NCBI GenBank assembly: GCA_028279595.1
Contig: JANQNK010000003.1
Location: forward strand, 249,087 to 313,086
Direction: 5' to 3'
Length of the DNA: 64,000 nucleotides
DNA from: Thermoplasmatota archaeon
Lineage (GTDB): Archaea > Thermoplasmatota > JAKEGO01
Part shown: piece after piece, positions 59,801 through 64,000 of the stretch
Layout of the letters: every line of letters begins with the position of its first letter
How positions within the stretch are numbered: position 1 is the first letter of the stretch
Translations under genes and position numbers: made by a program
Notes under the pieces: generated by a model
What the model was told of the DNA's origin: nothing
What the model saw: only the letters and a program-made list of their open reading frames with translations
Databases searched by the model: none

Positions 59801-62800
59801 AACCAGCGCGGATGGAGCGGATGGCAGTATTCATACGCTGACTACAGCAGCGGCGGATGGATCAACTCCGTGTTCGACCTGAGCGATTACGTCGGCAACA
59901 GCGTTATCTTCCGCTTCCAGTTCGGCCCCTATTCCTACCAGTACTACCAGGCGCCCGGATGGGCCATTGATGACATCAAGGTCTGGTCCTTCTCGAAGAA
60001 GTACGACCTCGGCGTCTTGGACATCATCGCATCCAACGACTATCCGGCCTTCGACGACGTCGCAAGGACTGGAAGCGAGGAGACCCGCGCGATACTGCAG
60101 AACAACGGTCTGTACGAATTCGACGATTCCTACGACGTGACCCTGACGGTCACCGAGGCGGATTACGTGAACGTGATGGAGCCGTACAATCACGACATCG
60201 AGGACACGATCTCGTGGAGATACCACTATGCGGCGTCCTGGCAACCGACCCAGTACGAGAGCGACTGGGTGAGGTACGGATACAACTACAACATCGGCGG
60301 CGACCAGTGGGAGGACGGCACGCCCGCGAACGTGGGACCCGAGACCGCCTATGGAGGCAGCCGTTGTCTCGGATTCGACATTGACGGTGAGACCGGCGGT
60401 GGCAGCGGATACGTCTACGGTTATGGATACATGTCGACACCTGCGATCTACATCGATCCGGACAAGGGCGACCTGACCACCGTGAGCTGGTACGAGTGGT
60501 ACGAGACCAGCCAGGGCCACACGATGTATCCGAGGATATCCAAGGACGGCGGCAACTACCAGTATATCGAGTACCGCTACGGTCCGCAGGACAGCAACGG
60601 ATGGGTCAAGTTCACCGTCGACATATCGGATGTCACCGAGAAGTTCCGTCTGAGCATGTACTACTACGTATACAGTTATTACTACGACTACCCCGCAGCG
60701 CCCGGATGGTACCTCGATGACTTCGAGGCCCTCCAGCTGCAGGTTTCCGACAACGTGGTCTACGAGGACACTCAGACCATCACGGACGACATGCCTGTCG
60801 GAGCGCAGAACAACGTCACGTGGAACTGGAACCCGTCCGAAGAGGGGTACTACTTCTACAACGTCTCGATCGATTCCGATTCCGATGAGTTCAGCGGGAA
60901 CAACCTGAGCAGCGAGCTCAAGTTCATCGGCAAGTGGTTCGATGTCTGGGACTTCGAGAATGATCCCCACGAGGAGGGCTTCACCTCGGAGGACCTCTCC
61001 GGATACGGCGACCTTTGGAACGTCGTTGAGAGAGGCAACCAAACATATGCTGACACCTGGTCCAGGTTCGATAGCGACTACGCCTGGTGGCTGGGATACA
61101 ATGACACCACGAGAAGCTATCCACACAGTCCGATCGGATCGATGACGGGATCGTATGACCTTGGCATGAACAACGTTCTGATCACTCCGGACGTCGACCT
61201 CAAGCACGCCAACGAAGCCTATCTGACATTCTGGCACAAGTACATCTTCCAGGGTGAAGGTGAAGGTTACAACGGCGACGGTACCGATGACGGAGGATTC
61301 GTCGAGATCACGACCAACGGCGGACTCACCTGGGAACAGATGACGCCGCAGGGCAGTTACGACGGAAGGCTCAGGACCAACGCCCTCTCGCGCGGTGCAG
61401 GCTACGACGCCTGGATGCGCCAGCGGGGATGGACCCGCGAGACCGTCGACCTCAGTCCGTACGCGGGCGACGAGGTCATGATCCGCTTCCGGTTCACGTC
61501 CTACTTCTACAGCGACCTCTACAGTGACCTGTCCGGGAACCACGGCTGGTACATCGACGACATGCTGATCTACGGCTCCGAGTACGGGGACAACACTGGA
61601 ATAGGCCATGTGTCCCTCATCCAGGAGACCTTCAACGGCGGCACCTTCGTCGAGGACATCGAGATGACCATCCATGTCTCTGCAGGCAACCTCGGCACGA
61701 ACAGCAACGAGGACGTCACGGTCGACATGTGGATCGAGGACGAGGACGGCTACACCGTCTGGTCCGACAGCGAATCCACGGACGACTTCGACGACTGGTC
61801 GAAGAGGTGGACCCCGAGCGATCCGGGCGACTACACCGTCTTTGTCGAGACCAATGCCGCGGGCGACGAGAACCGTGAGGACAACACCTGGAACAACACG
61901 ATCTGGGTGGCGGCCCTAGCTCTCTACGAGGACGTGGAGAGCGGACCTGGCCTGTGGACCCACGGCGGCGCCAACGACATGTGGCACATCGAGGACATCA
62001 ATGCGAACAGCGGAGAGCACGCCTGGTACATGGGTCACTACGACGCCATCAACGAGACGTGGACCTACGTGCCCGAGACCGAGGCGGCCCTGTCGAGCCC
62101 CGAGTTCGACCTGAGGTCCTTCAGGTCCGCGACTATGTCGTGGGCGTCCTGGTGGAGCCTCGAGAGGGACCGCGACGGATTCAACATCGAGTTCTCCGTC
62201 GACGGCCAGGAATGGACCCCGAGGTTCAGCGACATCGGTCAGTCGAGCCACGGCGTCTTCTGGTCGAACCCGTCCCTGGGTCATCCGCAGAACTCCAACG
62301 CCAACAGGTACATCCTGACAGACTTCGTCGGAGAGAAGGTCTTCATGAGGATCGTCGTACGGTCCGACAGGAACTCCATCACCGACGGTGACGGCGACCC
62401 CGAGACGCCATCCGGTGTGTTCATCGATGACATCATGATATACGGCGAGCAGTACGACAGCAACGTCGGTATCAACAGGATGTCACCGCCCGAGGGAAGC
62501 CACATCGTACCGGGAGATCCGGAGACGTTCATCGTGAACGTTACGAACCTCGGACGCAAGGACCAGAACGCAGTTCGGATCAACGCTTCGATCGTCTACG
62601 TGTCCAACGGCACGGAGATGTACCAGAACACGACGACTGTGAGCCTAGCACCACTCGAAAGCAAACAAGGCGCCTTCGAATGGGACGTCCCGATGTCGGC
62701 GAACGGCGAGGACATCATCTTCCGCGGCACCGTGGAGATAAGGGACTCGTACCACAACTGGACGACGGATGACGAGAACCCGACCGACAACATAATCGAA

Positions 62801-64000
62801 CTGATGATGGACGTGGCCTTCTGGCACGACATCGAGGTAATGGACATCAACGTCGAGCCCATCGTCCCGACAGGCGAGGAAGTGGAGCTGAGCGCTACGA
62901 TCACGAACAACGGCAACGTGCCCGAGAACGACTTCGACATCACGTTCGCGGTCGGCGATGCGGCTGTCGAGTACAGCGGCGTCGAAGGCGCGTACCCGAG
63001 GATCCTGATATACAACGGATACTCGACCTACGACACGCACCTCTACTGGGACGCTGTCAAGGGCGCGCTCGCGAACCTCGGGATACCCGATGCTGTCGTC
63101 AGGGCGAAGAACAGGACCCAGGAGGGCAACCTGAACGACACCGACATCGAGAACGCTGATGCGATCATCTACGTGCAGCTCTACGGTCCGGTCGGCAGTT
63201 CGTACATCTCCGGCGGCAACAACCCTGACGTCCAGAAGATGATGGATTACCTCGACGATGGAGGCAACCTCTTCATCCTTGGTGAGCAGATCACCTACTA
63301 TGGCTCGTACAACTGGTACTACCGTGACTTCTGCAGGTACTACCTGCACATGCAGATGAACGGATGGGTATACTCGAGTCCGTGGTACGAGATCCACATG
63401 GACGGGGATGACAAGGAGCTCTCGGAGGAGAGGAACTGGGTATCGAACGACTACCAGAGCTACGGCAACACCGTCGAGTCCGGCGCTGACCGGGTCTTCA
63501 CCTTCGACTACAACAGTCCGTGGTACGTGGCCGGCGCCAAGTTCAACGGAACCTACGACGGGAGCGAGCCTTTCAAGACGTTCCATCTGGGCCCGACCTA
63601 CTACCGCCTCTACATGGAGAACGGCATCTCGACGCTGAACCGTCTTGACGAGTACGAGATCGACCTCATGACTAACGTGCTGGACTGGTTCTTCGGCGAG
63701 AGGACTCTGAACATCTCGATGACCATGGACACAGAGACGATAACCATAACCGACGAGATCGAGCCCGGCGAGACTCGGGAGATCGAGTGGACCTGGGACC
63801 AGAACCTGCCGGCCTTCGACACCTACCAGATCGCGGCCATATCGGACCTGCCCGGCGACAACGTGACCCTGAACGACTACATGGTCGAGGAAGTGCTCGG
63901 ACGGAAGATAATGTTCGAGGACGACTTCGAGACCGACATGAACTGGTCGCACTACGGCAAGAAGGACCAGTGGCAGTCCGTCAACATGTCCTGGCACTGG
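53804..64000 (+). CDS. Giant secreted/surface protein of alternating MAM-like (InhA-type) beta-sandwich and CARDB domains, at least 3399 aa, 3'-partial, absent from the ORF track
   Basis: GGGGTGA RBS, then ATG 53804: MKGTYMWLIGALVGVLVLVMLGSTAQA-GDVFLDDWEDGD. The same frame reads sensibly where I spot-translated it: 54482 (YIEFDIKDYPDFAVDNITATP), 59402 (..AHSGTKAWVTDLDGPY..LESPEIDIS) and the window end (KDQWQSVNMSWHW). No stop-terminated ORF in this frame is listed. Confidence 0.9.
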   Translation, partial: MKGTYMWLIGALVGVLVLVMLGSTAQAGDVFLDDWEDGDMSLPDDLDGNSGDKDGWYTTDSLTWYYDSGWGMNDDGYTSYDTQDPYEGDYCVLGQLYGYGDNNTLYMYIDLTNSVEYDYTPGDDVWISFWYTFTEYRPSFSYPTTSLYMYIYDADDDSYTTVWTGDVTNTDYYPVPGSGEDIWKHVDVDISDYITTTTGEYTEIYICQKTTTTGYVYPYRNYAKLDYIEFDIKDYPDFAVDNITATPDYAEMGTDAFVKAAVRNDGHTQYTLDISVEMNVADSDGTVLDTQTATITEDLDVNEWVWVYFNVSESTTNGFEVFNITVEIDMGTDVDSYDDMKMAQITRYWVKWWESYETGDMEAPLPAEHGWWVTDPLGDNGGGYQDGGAGLTSDSQYSSPTGWDRAYDGDYAMIERVARYENPAVLDVSAYVSFNMTGWDNVGIGFYYDIYLTSSTYYQPYYFAEVLASDDGGSSWVSLDTDFKKDLTVNNWEPKSYDISGNPNIDMTDNVTLRFRWRCTYSYRAYPYYYFKFDALTLTGDPLDKDVAMRGIGIPGNTVRLGDEFDLTATVKNVGKDTVTPSVRVVVTDQWANEVMNDTKSAGSMDSLDMVDVTWADFEPDAVTRYYINATVILATDEWIHNNYWHTSFNCLPLMFFEDFEDGNRNATDNPLPADYGWTINEPYGDTTYYDSGAGLTSEYTFSTYYNSPIEGDYSAMLSLSRFDEPDQVWMEATFLDIDYEDPLTLTFLWDTYGSGSYYEALVHVSYNGGSSWTTLNDGNSFPFDYTIGNSLWHTEKLPTWTTAPDNITIRWEMKNKNYLYPYPYYFFKFDMVSINFPLENDLAALEVDVPGVAGAGETIPVDITVENAGYSSQADFDIVVNLYNDDDTLYDTYTETIGDTLAPGEQAVYTVDIGPVVFDSGKQTFRAKGEVVLTGDQDQTNDAAPFSDLTIAWLAFFDTYETGDFEAPGAIHGWNSSHPYTGDGYATFAGLNTYRAYNYNGEAEPYQGTYSGLIQIGYGYAQNEVYADVTVWISGWEDLNIEFMFDTYAYYYGSYYNQYEYEVWAKTDGNDRTWVQLNGGSDLPKDSAHNNWALHEENLSAISALDTANSTWMTLRFKANKTLYYYGYYYYNNFKWDNVLIYGKPPADDAAVQSLELSRSKVTAGDDIDITTIIKNAGGDPQDYIEVDCEIIDQWGVVRQTYPTRTTGSLDPGESDTESYTWETPDKPAWFTVVVTVSLTGDSNPWNDEMTADFQTGLFVFYDGYEDDNLDATDNELPADHGWNISHRDSGQYSSGIGLTSGAYDGRNAMSYKVDYYSRRVWANFTLDMAAYEGGKVMFWYDTYVYTYYQNYYRLWIQVNNNSGSGWVNINEQDDIVFDYTQGNWMYYKGNIGKDYMVSELSVQVVLETTTYGSYSYWVKLDDFMVTFLPRHDLAVIDIMGPAQGQPGQDVIFNATVANEGWQTQTGFDVVMEPYFASNDTRVPGARQTKTYTGSLAMLETDYMEFTFSSQRWAATDYYINIFTGLGLDQDDSNNHTTHMFRGEWVLLWEDYEGDVKLEAPGQFVLSGWWPNDDLENDYTKSGIGRSDDGYQTRVQYGNYAGHAQLGYRYPYYTNPEAKFVYKDVHLRTQGWSNVTLNFDWSWYKSTYYSWEASIDIYNGSDWTRLYDIDQDNQYTQTWYNTGDIDVPDYLLAPNMTFRVRLQNMNPSSYQHAAYNFEWDNIKLSGEAPRPVDDDIGVFDIVLPAEGTLIDFEEGDVNITAIVGNYGSNEATFTANVVCTNLDYMDEEYPDYVWPDDGEHTLESVRFPPNTASQSWNWDPTLHGWYEINVSVEMSGAVNTWNDWLTTRVMVASVNFQTDFEDDDGGFTHWASQVGFDEWEYGVPSYSVNNFGGGTLDEAHSGTKAWVTDLDGPYDTAYSYPQEYLESPEIDISGGYAAYLSFWHDYDMYGYSGTTGYAGCNVKISTDGGISYNIIDPIGGYNKNQVYGLRGGDEGNTANQRGWSGWQYSYADYSSGGWINSVFDLSDYVGNSVIFRFQFGPYSYQYYQAPGWAIDDIKVWSFSKKYDLGVLDIIASNDYPAFDDVARTGSEETRAILQNNGLYEFDDSYDVTLTVTEADYVNVMEPYNHDIEDTISWRYHYAASWQPTQYESDWVRYGYNYNIGGDQWEDGTPANVGPETAYGGSRCLGFDIDGETGGGSGYVYGYGYMSTPAIYIDPDKGDLTTVSWYEWYETSQGHTMYPRISKDGGNYQYIEYRYGPQDSNGWVKFTVDISDVTEKFRLSMYYYVYSYYYDYPAAPGWYLDDFEALQLQVSDNVVYEDTQTITDDMPVGAQNNVTWNWNPSEEGYYFYNVSIDSDSDEFSGNNLSSELKFIGKWFDVWDFENDPHEEGFTSEDLSGYGDLWNVVERGNQTYADTWSRFDSDYAWWLGYNDTTRSYPHSPIGSMTGSYDLGMNNVLITPDVDLKHANEAYLTFWHKYIFQGEGEGYNGDGTDDGGFVEITTNGGLTWEQMTPQGSYDGRLRTNALSRGAGYDAWMRQRGWTRETVDLSPYAGDEVMIRFRFTSYFYSDLYSDLSGNHGWYIDDMLIYGSEYGDNTGIGHVSLIQETFNGGTFVEDIEMTIHVSAGNLGTNSNEDVTVDMWIEDEDGYTVWSDSESTDDFDDWSKRWTPSDPGDYTVFVETNAAGDENREDNTWNNTIWVAALALYEDVESGPGLWTHGGANDMWHIEDINANSGEHAWYMGHYDAINETWTYVPETEAALSSPEFDLRSFRSATMSWASWWSLERDRDGFNIEFSVDGQEWTPRFSDIGQSSHGVFWSNPSLGHPQNSNANRYILTDFVGEKVFMRIVVRSDRNSITDGDGDPETPSGVFIDDIMIYGEQYDSNVGINRMSPPEGSHIVPGDPETFIVNVTNLGRKDQNAVRINASIVYVSNGTEMYQNTTTVSLAPLESKQGAFEWDVPMSANGEDIIFRGTVEIRDSYHNWTTDDENPTDNIIELMMDVAFWHDIEVMDINVEPIVPTGEEVELSATITNNGNVPENDFDITFAVGDAAVEYSGVEGAYPRILIYNGYSTYDTHLYWDAVKGALANLGIPDAVVRAKNRTQEGNLNDTDIENADAIIYVQLYGPVGSSYISGGNNPDVQKMMDYLDDGGNLFILGEQITYYGSYNWYYRDFCRYYLHMQMNGWVYSSPWYEIHMDGDDKELSEERNWVSNDYQSYGNTVESGADRVFTFDYNSPWYVAGAKFNGTYDGSEPFKTFHLGPTYYRLYMENGISTLNRLDEYEIDLMTNVLDWFFGERTLNISMTMDTETITITDEIEPGETREIEWTWDQNLPAFDTYQIAAISDLPGDNVTLNDYMVEEVLGRKIMFEDDFETDMNWSHYGKKDQWQSVNMSWHW

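Overview
GC-rich archaeal chromosomal segment. The gene set (aIF-1A, RIO1, uL16/L10e, PAC2 proteasome chaperone, HTH-10 regulator), TATA-box promoters and PEF-CTERM tails support an archaeal origin; a Thermoplasmatota-like host is my inference. About three quarters of the window (roughly 48.6 kb) encodes large secreted or surface-anchored proteins. (i) A tandem array of four PEF-CTERM proteins: three giant repeat paralogs and one beta-propeller protein, all sharing a C-terminal stalk/anchor cassette. (ii) A membrane-anchored S8 peptidase of about 2850 aa. (iii) A PQQ-propeller / Ca-binding-repeat protein whose cytoplasmic tail resembles a degenerate Mrr-type nuclease domain. (iv) A double-thioredoxin Ig-stalk protein with a cytoplasmic zinc ribbon, plus a small partner gene. 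(v) A giant (at least 3399 aa) MAM-like/CARDB repeat protein that starts at 53804, runs off the window and is missing from the ORF track. Between 41 and 53.7 kb is a housekeeping block (PAC2, argF, glyA, COG1340, folC, rio1, aIF-1A, HDAC-family protein, two PhoU/TrkA-C paralogs, uL16) interrupted by a three-gene zinc-ribbon / 4-TM module. I recognised no rRNA, tRNA, CRISPR array, transposase or reverse transcriptase. All family calls come from motif recognition by eye, not database searches.
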